Assembly (NCBI GenBank): GCA_964016885.1
Contig: OZ024743.1
Location: 313,348,001 to 313,412,000, forward strand
Origin: Eledone cirrhosa
Taxonomy: Eukaryota
Length of the DNA: 64,000 nucleotides
Reading direction: 5' to 3'
This document shows, one piece after another, positions 40,961-57,241 of the stretch (the first letter of the stretch is position 1; each line of letters starts with the position of its first letter). The position numbers were made by a program, and so were the translations under genes. The notes beneath the pieces are model-generated. The model was not told the DNA's origin and searched no databases. It was given only the letters and a program-made list of their open reading frames with translations.

Positions 40961-42552
40961 ATACATTATTATTATTATTGTTATTTACGGAAATGATGCA
41001 CACTTATTGTAACCCCCCAATGAAACTTTGTCATGATCCTGGGTTACGATTGCTTACCTCTGTGCGTGTTATATTTACATATTCGTTTGAAATATATAGC
41101 GACTTCCTAATAACACTTATATGGGATTGTATAGTAATAGATGTATTATTTTATAGAAGACTTAGTCATACATATTTCCTTAATATATAACAAGGGTAAT
41201 GTTATCCGATATAAAAAAAAAACAACAACAAATTTTTGAAATAAAATAACGTGCAAAGTTTTATTAACTAGATATAGCAGATTGGATGCCGAAAGGAAAA
41301 ATCGATACTAATCAATATTCTTTAAAAAATACATAACAAATGCGAAAAAAAGAGAAAAGAAAATAACAGAAGAGAAAGATCTCCTGTTAAAGATTTAATG
41401 GCAGCGATATTTTTATTTCAACATAATTGCTTTATATATATATATATATTTTATTTAGTTTTCTTTTTTTATCCCTATCACATATCAATAAACCGTTGCG
41501 GCAAACGTGAATGGGAAAATATCGATCTGCTGTAAAATACCAATTTGTATTTGTAAACTACATCATAATATTGTAGCTTGCACGTACAATTTTAAATGGA
41601 ATATTTTTCTAATCCTGTAGAGCTATTGTGTTTAGAGACTCATTTTGAGGGAAGACATTTAAAAAAAAATATTAAAAAAACATGCAAAAAAACAAACAAA
41701 CAAGAGAAAACTGACGTATTTAAAAAAAATTACCCTTTAAAACTTTTATCAATATTAGTTCAATACTTATTGAAGATTCAGTTATGATTCGTAATATAAA
41801 TACCTTCGTTCAGAGAAGTTTAGATATTGCAAAAACGCAATATATATTTTGTATATTTCCTTCGTAATTTTTTCTAAGTCAGGTATGTTGTGTCAGCGAA
41901 TTTAATAATAGTTGCCTGGCCTCTATTGAGTAATCTAATGACTGCTAGATATCTGAATTATAGTATTGTGATAGTAAACACAGCATGACCAAATAGTTAA
42001 AGCGTTCGATTCTCAGTCATAAGCGTCCGTGTGATCTTACTTCTTGGTATCTGGGGCAAGTTTCACTTGCCAGAGGCTTGGATCTATCCAAAGCCTTATG
42101 AGTGAAACTGGATGGAGAGGGTGGATAGGGTGAACAGGGCATGGTTTAGAGGCCTGTCTGATAAATTGCAAGTGTAGGTCAACACGTAAAGAATAAGTGG
42201 TGGAATATTCCATAGACGCGTGAACTGTTGTTTCCGGAGCCGAATCAACGTGACACTATATGTAAAGAGGCTGTACGACGGGTTTCTACACAGTTTCTAT
42301 CTCTCCTAATTTCACTCTCAAGGCTTGTAGCGATCCAAAACTATTGCCCAAGATGTCATACAATGACAGAAAGTCGGAAGTCATGATTACGAAACGAACA
42401 TCATAACCACTCAGTCTGTACAAGTTACTGAGTAAGTCTCTGCATTCAGATTGCATGAGCTATAAAAATCAGTCAAATCTCCTTTCAATATTTTCCATCA
42501 TCTATAAGATAAAAGAAAAACAATAGGTTGGATAATATTACAGATCTAGATC

Positions 42553-42794
42553 AGGGTGTCACCTATTTGTTTCGCCAGAGGCCCATTTTTATTGAAGTTT
42601 CCCATTAACCTCTATCCCTGTACACTTATTCTTCCCTCAGATTGATATACAGAGAGAATTACAATTGAAGGAGGCAATATATATGTGTATATATTGCTTT
42701 TAAAAAAGAACATAATTTTTAGCTTAGCTCATAGACCACCAGTTTTCTCTTGCAAGCCTCTGTGGCAGTCTAGAGTACAGGTTGCGACACGTTG
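42553..42794. mobile_element. Possible old hAT-type MITE
   Basis: Ends cagggtgtcacc / caacgtgtcgcaacc (reverse complement) are only partly complementary. No clean TSD. Confidence 0.3.
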
Positions 42795-43358
42795 ACCCAG
42801 TTAAACAACGTCAGAAATTAACAGCTGGAATGCAACAACTGTCTCGGCAAAGCAGTATAAGGCACATCAATCTAATTATTGAAATAGTTTAAAACGAGTA
42901 TTAACTGGATATTAATATAAATATAATTAGTGTCTGTAATTTGATTATAGCGGGATATTGAAATTATGATTTCTAAAGTATATTTTATATTTTATATAAT
43001 AATAATAATTTGTTTAGTTTTAGTATAAAGGTAATTATTTATAAAACCGTTCTTTATGCAGTAATATACGAAGTAGCGTGACTCTGACGTTAGTTAGAAA
43101 TAAATTGCTAATAATTTAGCGAAACAGTTTATTATTGATACAAATATTCGTTATTCCTTAGAGAAAGTCCTACACCACACATTAAAAACAATATGGACAT
43201 GAAAGGAATTACTAGCAAACAACATTATTCCTATGTTCACCCATTCCTGTATTGACATACAAACCACTCTATTAACACATTTACTATGTGTATAACTGAG
43301 TTGAAAGGCATGTTATATAGTCAAGAGTCACACACACGCACACACACACGCACGCACG

Positions 43359-43485
<127 letters not shown>

Positions 43486-44864
43486 ATTAACCAACTTGCT
43501 TGCATATCTATCTACCTATCTATCATTCTCTGTGGCAACTCTTTCGCCATCATATCATGTCTACAAGGCACGTCAGAGATAAACTGTCCAACCGACGGGT
43601 TTTTAAACAATTTTCGTCTACTCAATTTCACTCACAACGCGTGGATCCATCTGAGATTATGATAAATTATATTTTATCACGATACCACGCAGAGAGACCG
43701 AACACGGCATCTAATGATTGCGAATCGAATGTCTTAACCAATTGGCTATACTGTTTCCACATATATAGATCGTTATAACATTGTAAGAGAATGTTCTCTT
43801 TAATTTGACACTGGTAGATTTTATCAACAAACCTCTTGCGCTTAGACTATACAGATTATATTAATTTGCTTTCATTATGTGGTAAATACTAGCTTTAACA
43901 AGAGCAGAAAACGGAGACATCTCTGTATATACTTATGGAAAATGTCAAATGAGATAAAACTGGTTTCACGTTAAGGCTAGGCATATTTCAGTTTCAAACT
44001 CTAGATTGTAAATGTAATTATAGTAGATCTATCAGACACATGGGAGAGAATATTTAGCATGAATGTAATAAAAATAACGTAATGTTATTTCTTAAAGTCT
44101 ATGGACGTCGAGTTTGTTTCTTGTCATCTCGTAAAGGGAGGTTACTGCGTATGTATCGATACCTGTGTTTGATGTGTAGAGAAGAGAAAATAAAATCGTA
44201 TGATTTCAACAACACAATGTGATGTTAGTATGATTGTGTTGTTTATGTTGTTGTTTACCACAAAGTTAATCCTGATCGAACAGATCTATGTTTAAAGGCA
44301 TTCCAAATATGGCCACATCGTATGTTCCAATCTAAGATAAGTATATTGTACAGTGTACCCTTCGTAAATAAGGCAGGATTAAATTTGTGTTAGATTTGGC
44401 TGCTATTTCCTGAACATCAAGCAGTTATGTAGTAGGACTCTTACTGGCTATCCATGTTTCTAGTGCTCGTAGAATATATAGGAATTAGGGAATCTGAATA
44501 CATATATTAAAAGAAAATATTTTATAATGATTCAAATAACATAGAAAATATGTATGATTAAGTAATACCAAATTAATAGGATTTCTAATGCGAACATCTT
44601 ATAAATCAGTTAATATAAATACTATTCTAGCCAGGAAATGTAATCATACTAAATATATCAGCTAAGTAAAGATATAATCCTTCTGAACTAATTACTTAAT
44701 TAATAAATGGCTAATTGGTCTATGCGTTAAGCAATATATGTACGAGAGAACCAATACATCTATATTGACCTCAGTGGTTTGGGAAACAAATGCCAGTAGA
44801 TAGATATATAATAAAAATGTGCTTTGGAATAGGAAATGGATGATATATTAGCCTCCCCTACACA

Positions 44865-44909
<45 letters not shown>

Positions 44910-45028
44910 TTAACGGTAGCTATGGTGCTTCCATAGGCGGTATGCCAGTTGAGCACTCAATGTTCTTACAGAGCAGAGTGTCACTAATATAAACAAACAA
45001 AAATCAGTGATGCATCTAGACTCAGTTT

Positions 45029-45128
45029 ATTGCGTGCTACAATTGTTTCGCCCGCAGATAGCTCGAAGCATGATCATTGTGTGGATCTGCCTGATTCTAC
45101 AGCTGCAGGGTCTTCGGACACATGCAAT
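45029..45128 (-). ncRNA. Hammerhead ribozyme with about 60-nt stem II domain (family F)
   Basis: attgcatgtgt CCGAAGA ccctgcag...ctgcggg-c GAAA caattg TA gcacgcaat. Confidence 0.75.
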
Positions 45129-46585
45129 GCTTTCGGAGCAAAATTTTCTCACTAGGGTTTTAGCTTAAAAAAACACCTTCAAAAAAACATCTTCAACTCT
45201 TGTCTTGCCATTGGCTGTTGTTTTTCTACATCATCATAACTTCTGGTCACTATTTGTTGCCACACTGGTCATCGGCTATTCTCCGTCCGACACACTTCAA
45301 TGGAGTCATGCTGGGTTTGGTATCTCACACGTTCGCTCACACCCGCGAGTACATACCCACAGATACACACACACATATAAATACACATACACATACACTC
45401 ACACACCGACACATACACCTATATGCTTACACTTATGTACGCACACATGTGTAGACATACACACACATATACATATACACACACACTCCCTCTCCTACAC
45501 ATACCCAAGCACACCCATATACACACCAATACACGTCCACTGACGCCTGCCTATATAGCCTCATACATCCGGTCTCACGCGCGCGCACACGCACACGCGC
45601 ACACACGCGCAGACACACGTACACGCATACAGGGACACATATCAGCGTTCGCGTACCTCTGCACACATACACAAACACGCATAGACATACACATAGAGAC
45701 ACACACGCGCGCACACACACATAGACGTCTGTCCTTATTGATAGGCAACAAGGACGGACACACTTCAAAAGGCACCAACACACATACACACACACATACA
45801 GACATGTATATATATCTACACATATATATATATGTACACGCACATAAACATACAACCAAACCTCGTCCTCTGTGGGTGTACTCACACACACATACACGCA
45901 CATCCCCACAGACACATACACACACACACAGGCACACAGACACACGCATTCAATGGCTCATACATTCCAACAAATATTCGCCCAACTACCTCCATGTACA
46001 CTTACATCCACAAAAAGATACACGCACACATGTATATATCTCTGTCCTTAACCCATGTGATATACTCACAGTCATATAAATCTGCACAAAAGGTCATACA
46101 GGGTCATCCATGGAAGGATGCATCCTGTTATACTTGCACAAACATAAACCACATAATCATACACATATGTCCATACACATACATGCAAGCATACATGCAA
46201 GCATACATGCACATATATAAAGATATATAAATAAATACATATGTATATGGGTGTGTGTGTCTACACATGTGTGCGTACATATGTGTATGCATATAGGTGT
46301 ATGTGTCTGCGTGTGTTTGTATGTGTATGTGTATTTCTATGTGCTTGTGTATCTGTGGGTATGTACTCGCGGGTGTGAGCGGACGTGTGAGATACCAAAC
46401 CCAGCATGACTCCATTGAAGTGTGTCGGACGGAGAATAGCCGATGACCAGTGTGGCAACAAATAGTGACCAGAAGTTATGATGATGTAGAAAAACAACAG
46501 CCAATGGCAAGACAAGAGTTGAAGATGTTTTTTGAAGGTGTTTTTTGAAGCTAAAACCCCAGTGAGAAAATTTTGCTCCGAAGGC

Positions 46586-46685
46586 ATTGCATGCATCCGA
46601 AGACCCTGCAGCTGTAGAATCAGGCAGATCCACACATTGATCATGCTTCGAGCTATCTGCGGGCGAAACAATTGTAATACGCAAT
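46586..46685 (+). ncRNA. Hammerhead ribozyme (family F, mirror copy)
   Basis: CCGAAGA at 46597 and GAAA caattg TA at 46665-46676. Confidence 0.7.
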
Positions 46686-46728
46686 AAACTGAGTCTAGAT
46701 GCATCACTGATTTTTCGTTTGTTTATAT

Positions 46729-46808
<80 letters not shown>

Positions 46809-47048
46809 AATATGTATATATATGTGTATTTATATATACATACCATTTATGTTTCGTTGTTTATGAATAGGTGTAACTGGTGATTCTGGTTATTAAACGA
46901 TGGTGCAATACATTAAAGCACTTGACATTATGCAGATCATCCATCTCACACGTGATATCCAGTGATTAGGGCAGGAGCAGAGTTAAATATTCATTAAAAA
47001 CAACAACAGAATGTCGAACTGGAAATTTTATAATTTTAATTTCGCGAA

Positions 47049-47118
47049 ACCACTATACATATTTCAATGGCTCAGCTTCATCACCCGAACATAATGCAAG
47101 GCGATTTCTTCAGGTGTT
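47049..47118 (-). ncRNA. Hammerhead-like motif
   Basis: aacac CTGAAGA aat..att GAAA tatgta TA gtggt. Stem II contains an atcgcc/ggtgat hairpin. Confidence 0.55.
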
Positions 47119-47342
47119 AATTGTATAATTAAAGAAACAGATTTTAGTGAACAAAGAATAGAAAATAGAGGACCGTGTTTAGTGTATAAATACATATATG
47201 TATATGTATATGTATATAATTTTTATAGGATACGTGGAGATCACACCAGCTAATCATCGATCTTAACGAAATATGTATAATAAATAGCTGAATAAATTTA
47301 TGCTCAATTTCATATGGATTTCGCTAATATTTACTGTTCTCG

Positions 47343-47434
<92 letters not shown>

Positions 47435-47481
47435 CTCTCTCTCTCTCACTCTCTCTCCCTCTCTCTCTCTCTCTCTATATA

Positions 47482-50269
<2,788 letters not shown>

Positions 50270-50284
50270 TGTATATATATATAT

Positions 50285-51784
50285 ATAATAAAAAGTTACA
50301 TATCGTAAAAGAGGATAGAAACAGGAGATATAAAGAGGTGCGGTACAGAGTATTGCATGCCAAAAGCGGGTGCATAAGTTCTCGATGCTTGGGTTATCAG
50401 GATTAAATATTAGAGAAGGTTAATATTTAGTGTACAAGGATAAGCAGAGCGGTGATAGGCAAAATGATTAATGAAAGAGTTACAAGCCGTTAAAACTTAT
50501 CTTTATAAAGCTCTTACACATATTTCGCCCAATGGGGCTCGACTGAGGCAGATACTAAGGCAACATTTTAAATTAAATACTTTATGCGGGTAGAATAATA
50601 CTTTAACATCAGAATGTATATTACATATACGTTGTTAAGTATAGAAAAATGGTGAACAGATGTTAGTATGATAAGAGAGGTATTTACCGGTGCTGGTGTA
50701 ATGTTACTTGTCAAACTAATGACCGCTACTGGCATAGTAAGAGATTTTATTTATTATTTAAAGAGAATTAACGTAAGTAGGGTTAGTCGACTCAATGTAA
50801 TGAGGCGGTGTTAAGGTGTGAGTATGAGTATAAATTAATAGTAAAGTCATTAAAGACTATACACAAGTATAACTAATGTAAAGGGGCAAGTTCAGTGTGA
50901 GCTTGAAGGCCTAGAAAGGTAAAGTCACTTTAGATGGAATTTGTATATTTATATGATCAGCTGTCTAAGAAGTTGCTTGGGTATAAGCGGCGGTTCTGTA
51001 AAATTACCCAAAGATCTGTCTGGCCATGTGGAAGAATATAGCGGTGTAAGCCCAGCTGAATATATGCAGTGCAGCTTCCTGGAGGTAGAACAGAGGGTGG
51101 ATGATGGTGTTGTTTCAAGTTGTTTAATGGTAAGTCCACAGTCCGTAAGTTCGACCAGGGTGTGCTGTTGAGAGCCTCAGGTGTTATGGTGGTTATGTGG
51201 TCGTTGGGGTCCATCTATAGAAATATTGTTGTAGTCGATGGTGGCAATTTATGACAGTTTCAGCCCAACTAATTATGAGGTCCTGGGGTGCTTGCACTAT
51301 ATAGTATAGTTCCATTAGGCAGAGTTGGCAGCTTTTTAAAAAATTGTATGGTGTTGCTTGGTTCACAATTTCCCAATAAGTGGTGAAGCTAATGCTGGAG
51401 TCATTTAACTATGTGATATAGTTAGCGAGGGAGGTAGAGTATCTAAGCTTCTTATTCCTAAAAGAGTGGAGATGTGCTCGAAATCTGGTTTTGAACGCCC
51501 CAGAGGTAGCTCCTATGTAAGACTTAATAATATTATGACTAATAACCGTACATCTATAGATAACGTTTAGCATACTAACATCTGTCCACCATTTTTCTAT
51601 ACTTAACAACGTATATGTAACATGCATTCTGATATTAACGTATTATTATTCAACCCGTATACGGTATTTAATTAAAAACCTTGCCTTAGTATCTGCCCCA
51701 GACGACCCCCATTGGGCGAAACATGTGTAAGAGCTTGATAAAGATATGTTTTAACGGCTTGTAACTCTTTCATTAATGATTTTG

Positions 51785-51789
<5 letters not shown>
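50285..51789 (-). mobile_element. Truncated PLE with GIY-YIG fragment between inverted pLTR copies
   Basis: NVIYRCTVISHNIIKSYIGATSGAFKTRFRAHLHSF at 51409-51570. 50454-50670 is inverted at 51571-51789. Degenerate HHR cores CAGTCGA / CAGACGA..GAAA(t/c)atgtgTA lie in the arms. Confidence 0.85.
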
Positions 51790-51814
<25 letters not shown>

Positions 51815-51818
<4 letters not shown>

Positions 51819-51983
51819 AAAAGGTATGACCCCGACGGCAGAGCTCAAGCCGTTTCGACGGCTATTTCTGGACTGAGCTCTGCCGTCGGGGTCATACCTT
51901 TTCCTATTACCCACTCTACTACCCTAAGTATTGAGTACTCTGGTGCGTTATGGTCCATCTGGTTCCTTACCACAATTCCTTCG

Positions 51984-51984
<1 letters not shown>
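51815..51984 (+). mobile_element. Family A palindromic element
   Basis: Perfect 33-bp arms at 51815-51847 and 51874-51906, plus a tail matching 8590-8667. Confidence 0.8.
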
Positions 51985-52033
<49 letters not shown>

Positions 52034-52206
52034 CCTGTTATTCACCTCCAAATTTTCTAAATAATGTGAAAATTTGGAGGTTTATAACAGTTACTATCGA
52101 GTGGCTGCTATTTGCAGTATAGCAATATAAGGTTCCGCCTGCCAATGAAATGGTCGTAAATACCTGGATAACATCTTTTTTTAATGCTTGCCTGTGTTTT
52201 CCCTTT

Positions 52207-52245
<39 letters not shown>

Positions 52246-52518
52246 CAGGTATTACATATATATATATATATTACAGGTATTACATATATATATATATATT
52301 ACAGGTATTACATATATATATATATATATATAACAGGTATTACATATATATATATAAATATACATACATAAGTTTATCCCGGGTTCAATCGGGAGTAACC
52401 ACAGTAAGTAAGTAAATATTTAATGTAGAAATGGCTTCTACAGGACTAGAACTGTTTCATTCGCGAGTAATGCTTCCTGATGATTTCTCCCGAATGAAAT
52501 AGTTCTAGTCCTGTAGAA

Positions 52519-52549
<31 letters not shown>

Positions 52550-52552
<3 letters not shown>

Positions 52553-52910
52553 GATTGGTGCTCAGAAATAGCGATGTATACATGAATGTATGTATAGTGA
52601 CATAGTCACTACTTTAAAAGCGATACCGTATGGTCTTCAAAATGTTTTTAATTAAACATACGGTATATTGCCAAATATACTATACATAAATTTATGTATA
52701 CATCGCTATTTCAGCTTCTATAATTTTCGGCGAAAGTGGGGAGTGCGTGGCTCTGATGATCGCCAACAGCGTGAAACAGACTGTTAGCTTCTCTCCCTTC
52801 TTTCACCGAAAAGAAGTAAGTCACTACTTTAAAACCGATAGTAGATGGTCTTCAAAATGTTTTTAATTAAACATACGGTATAATGCCAGATATACTATAC
52901 ATACATTCAT
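52550..52910 (+). mobile_element. Retrozyme-like unit, period 215 bp, with an inverted 5' piece
   Basis: agtcactactttaaaa at 52604 and 52819. 52565-52598 is inverted at about 52679-52712. Confidence 0.75.
52749..52789 (+). ncRNA. Hammerhead ribozyme
   Basis: ggct CTGATGA t-cgc-caaca-gcg-t GAAA cagactg TT agct. Stem I extends through ggag/ctcc and tttcggcgaaag/ctttcaccgaaa. Confidence 0.75.
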
Positions 52911-52944
52911 AATAATAATAATAATAATAATATATATATATATA

Positions 52945-53908
52945 CTAGCCGAATTACCCGCGCCTTGCTGCGTTTCACACATTTTTTTTTTGTAAGAAAA
53001 GGATGATTGATGTTAAATCAATGATATAATTATGGAGAAAAACTCTGCATTTCAATATTACTCAATGTAAAATGTAATGCATGAAAAATTGGAAAACATT
53101 ATTTTTTTAATCTATCAAATCAAAATTATATTATTAAATCTGATTCTTATTTTGTTTCTTGTAAATAATTTTTTTCAAAATATCAATTCAAATCTTGATC
53201 ATTTCATTTTTTGTGTAAAGCATTATTTTCAAACTAGAAATTCAAATTTTAATTATTTATTTTTTAACATAATAAATACATGAAAATATATTTCATCCTT
53301 TGTCCTAATGAAGAACATTTGTTGTCTTTCTTTGATTGGCTAAAACGTAGAGATTTTTTGAAGTTCCAGCCCTTGAAACAGCCACATAAAACAGGCCATG
53401 ACTGAAACATGGGTTTGTCAGATCTATACGAATAGTTTTGAAAGTTTGACCTTGACTCTTATTGATGCTCATGGCAAAGCATGGCCTCACTGGGAACTGC
53501 AGCCTCTTAAATATAAAAGACAACTCGCTATCACTTGGTATAAGTGGAATCCTCGGAATGAGAAGAGCTTGACCTTTGTAAGCCCGGAATATAATGGTTG
53601 CTTCGATCAAGTTCTCATGCAATCGTAGGGTGTCTTAATATTATAGAAATTTGCTGAAGTTTTGTGAATAGGCATCATATCCTGTCATTTACCTAGGGTT
53701 TAAATTTCATATAAATTGAAGGGAAAAAGAATTTCAGCGGGGTGTTTCTGCCACCGGGGAACCCTTTGATTACAATGAAGTATGAGCAATCTAGTTTCAG
53801 AATATATATGGTTATGGCGGTCTATCTCCAAAACTATAGGAGGAGTTCGTGAACAAACAAACAAACAAACACAAACAAATAGACAGGAACTACAACTTTA
53901 TATATATA
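52945..53908 (-). mobile_element. Internally deleted Helitron with a PIF1-helicase C-terminal fragment (53305-53622)
   Basis: LIPRIPLIPSD..FKRLQFPVRPCFAMSINKSQGQT..CFSHGLFYVAVSR. The minus-strand 3' end is GC-rich and then reads CTAG-T at 52945. Confidence 0.9.
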
Positions 53909-53913
53909 TCTAT

Positions 53914-54003
<90 letters not shown>

Positions 54004-54177
54004 ACATGTGTACCCCAGGTTTAATCGGGGGTACCACAGTAAGTAAGGTACTCAATACATAGCAGTGATAACAACATATATTAGCGGAGAATATTGAGAT
54101 AATCTCTATAAGGAGACAAACAAGGATTAATTTGTAACTGTTAAATAACGTTAATACATACATACACACAGGCACAG

Positions 54178-54291
<114 letters not shown>

Positions 54292-54722
54292 CCCCCACTC
54301 TCAAGCGTGAAACTAATATTAACATTTGTACTGCCTTTTCGCTTCCACGTTGTTTTATTGTTTTTTGTTTACTGTCTCAACTATAAAATATATATATATA
54401 TATATGCTAGTTAGGTGTGTAACAAGAGAGTTTAGATGTGTCTAATGACGTATTATCTTCGTTTTTTTCGTTCATTGCCAGAGAACGTCTCTATGAACCA
54501 CCTAAGAGAACATTAGTCTACGACTTCTTTTATACCATAAACGTGGTTCTGTCTCTGCGCGTAATTGTTTTTCACAGCTCCTATTAATGACGTATATATA
54601 TTCGTTTGTTCCCGTACTTTGCCAGGGAACGTTTCCACGAACCAAAGTATCGTCTTCCTGTCTTCCTCCGGTTGCAACGTTTTTTGAAATATCCACTTCT
54701 GCATTTACAGATTGACTTTGTT

Positions 54723-54773
54723 AGTTTCAGAAGATCCCGTTAAGGGTGAAAGCAGCGATTCTTTGCTTAAACT
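54723..54773 (+). ncRNA. Hammerhead-like motif, CAGAAGA core variant
   Basis: agttt CAGAAGA t-ccc-gttaa-ggg-t GAAA gca..tgc TT aaact. All three stems pair. The element end ggattttagtcttcaaatttatt also occurs at 35739. Confidence 0.6.
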
Positions 54774-54880
54774 TTAATCTGTTATTTTAATAAATATTTG
54801 CTCTACGGTTTTTATATATTTGATATATATTTATCCTTATAGAGCCCTCTTTGGATTTTAGTCTTCAAATTTATTATTAT

Positions 54881-54945
<65 letters not shown>

Positions 54946-55530
54946 GCGTGTACGTAAGTGGGCGAGTGTGTTTGTGTGAGTGTTATAAAAAGGTTGCCAG
55001 GTTGCCCATTGCAGGGCTAACTGTAGTATTTTAGAGGCCAATTCTTAGCTTTCAAAAAATACCTGAAGTTTCAGAGAAAGGATAAAATTAAACAAATATA
55101 ACACCGGTCGTTCTCCGACAGGTTTGCGGTTGTACTCTTGGTAGTGGAGACTTCTGGTATCCTTGGCCCCGGAGCTGCGTACCAATAAAACAATTAAGCA
55201 AAGTATTTGGTCAACCAATCCCCTAGGGAATTAATAGAATCTAAAATATATGTTAGTGCAAATAGCTGGAATCAGTATGAAAGGCATCGGCGATTGTCCC
55301 CCTTGCTTCTGCAGAGGACGTAAGCCCCGGTGTTATTTGCATAGCTACGGATTCTTAAATGATTACCCTGTAAAAATACCGTGTTTCTTTAGAAATACGA
55401 AATTTCTACACATATCTGTATACAGCTTTGCTTGAAGCTAAATCCTATTTCTATTCTATTATAAGTTATATATATATATATTATACAAAATATTAACAAA
55501 TGAAGGATATTCACATAATTAAAATATATA

Positions 55531-55593
55531 CTTTATTATATATATTTCAAAGGTACTGTGTTGTTTTTTCAGTACGTCTTCATCAGATAAAAT
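55531..55593 (-). ncRNA. Hammerhead ribozyme (family D relative)
   Basis: attttat CTGATGA agac-gtactg..cagtac-cttt GAAA tatata TA ataaagt. Confidence 0.75.
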
Positions 55594-56124
55594 ATATGAT
55601 TTGATATATGACATACAGCTACGGTCTTGATTATACAATTCGAGTATTGGCAGTGATTTATTTCATCAAATCTCAATGTTTATATACCACAAATAATCTG
55701 ATAAACTTAAAGAAGAAAAGGACGTAGAGCAAATTATTCTTTGGTTATATATATATATATATGTATGTAAAAGGTAAACAGAAATAACAACACAATCGGT
55801 ACAGTATATGGAAGGTATATATTAGGTTAACGCTTGATATATATAGCAGGAAGAGGTCTAAACGTTTCAGACGCTAGTCCTTCATCAGAAGAAAGAATGA
55901 GAAATAAAATAGATTGAGGAGACGGGCGGGTTGGAATTGTAAAAAATGTCTTTAGATAAAAATAACAGGTCCATTCATGTTGACATCTCTTGCAAAACTG
56001 TTGGTGTTGGCGTTTTGTGTTTGGTTTGTCTTTTAGAAAAGTGGATGGTGGCAGGCGTCTACCTGAAATGGAAAAAAAACGTTTTATAAAAAGCGCTATA
56101 CGTGAGCACGTGCGTAAGCATGAA

Positions 56125-56208
<84 letters not shown>

Positions 56209-56420
56209 AGTGTGTCTTATTATAGGTCCGTACGAAGCTAAGAAGAAATGTGTGTGTATATGTGAGTAAAAGAGTGTGTGCATGTAAGTACGAAACTGAG
56301 CAAAATTATGTTAATATAAGGGTGTGTATCGGCATATATTAGTTGCAAGAGAAGCTGCTAATGATCAAGAGAAAGCGATAGGAATCAAGGGGTGTGATAA
56401 TGGACATATATATATATATA

Positions 56421-56603
56421 ATTGTTTCTACTTTTAGGCACAAGGCCAGCAATTATCCCAGTGCATTACTGGTACTTTATTTTATCGACCCCGTAAGGAT
56501 GAAAGGCAAAGTTAACCTCGGCGGGATTTGAACTCAGATCATAAAGGGACGTAGCTATGCTGGAAAGCATGGCGTCCGACCCTCTACCGATACTGCCAAT
56601 CCA
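56421..56603 (-). mobile_element. tRNA-derived SINE, well-preserved copy
   Basis: Same A/B boxes and core as 6799-6984. Flanked by (TA)n. Confidence 0.8.
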
Positions 56604-56737
56604 TTATATATATATAATGCCAATCATTGTAAGTTTGAATCTGACATGAAAATACATATATATATGAATAAAGTAAGCACAAATCATGGTAGATTCAAAT
56701 ATCACACACAGAAAGAGAGAATTTAGGGTCCATCACA

Positions 56738-56851
<114 letters not shown>

Positions 56852-57149
56852 TGTGGTGGACTGGCCAGTTTGCCAGGCTGCCATATGACAAATGGGCCCC
56901 ATGGGCCCACCACTTTAGCATTGCAGGTGCCCGCAGTAGCATTGCAGGGCCCACTGTAGTATTTTAGAGGTCAATGGTTAAAAACAATTAAGCAAAGTAT
57001 TTGGTCAACCAATGCCCCAGGGAATTAATTGAAACCCAAATATATGTTAGTGCAAATAGCTGGAATCAGTGCTTGTACATTCTACTAAATATAAAGCTTA
57101 GTGCATTCATTCATGCACGCAAACATACATATATAGCCACACACATACA

Positions 57150-57241
<92 letters not shown>

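Larger units (their letters stand above)
44905..46735. mobile_element. Fold-back element (family F): about 470-bp inverted arms, CA-rich spacer, tail at left
   Basis: About 44986-45460 is the reverse complement of about 46255-46730. A diverged third copy lies at about 59770-60120. Confidence 0.85.

Noticed and set aside
52242-52345. Four acaggtattac repeats with spacers, superficially CRISPR-like
   Set aside because: The spacers are just (TA)n, the context is eukaryotic and there are no cas genes. It is a slippage minisatellite.
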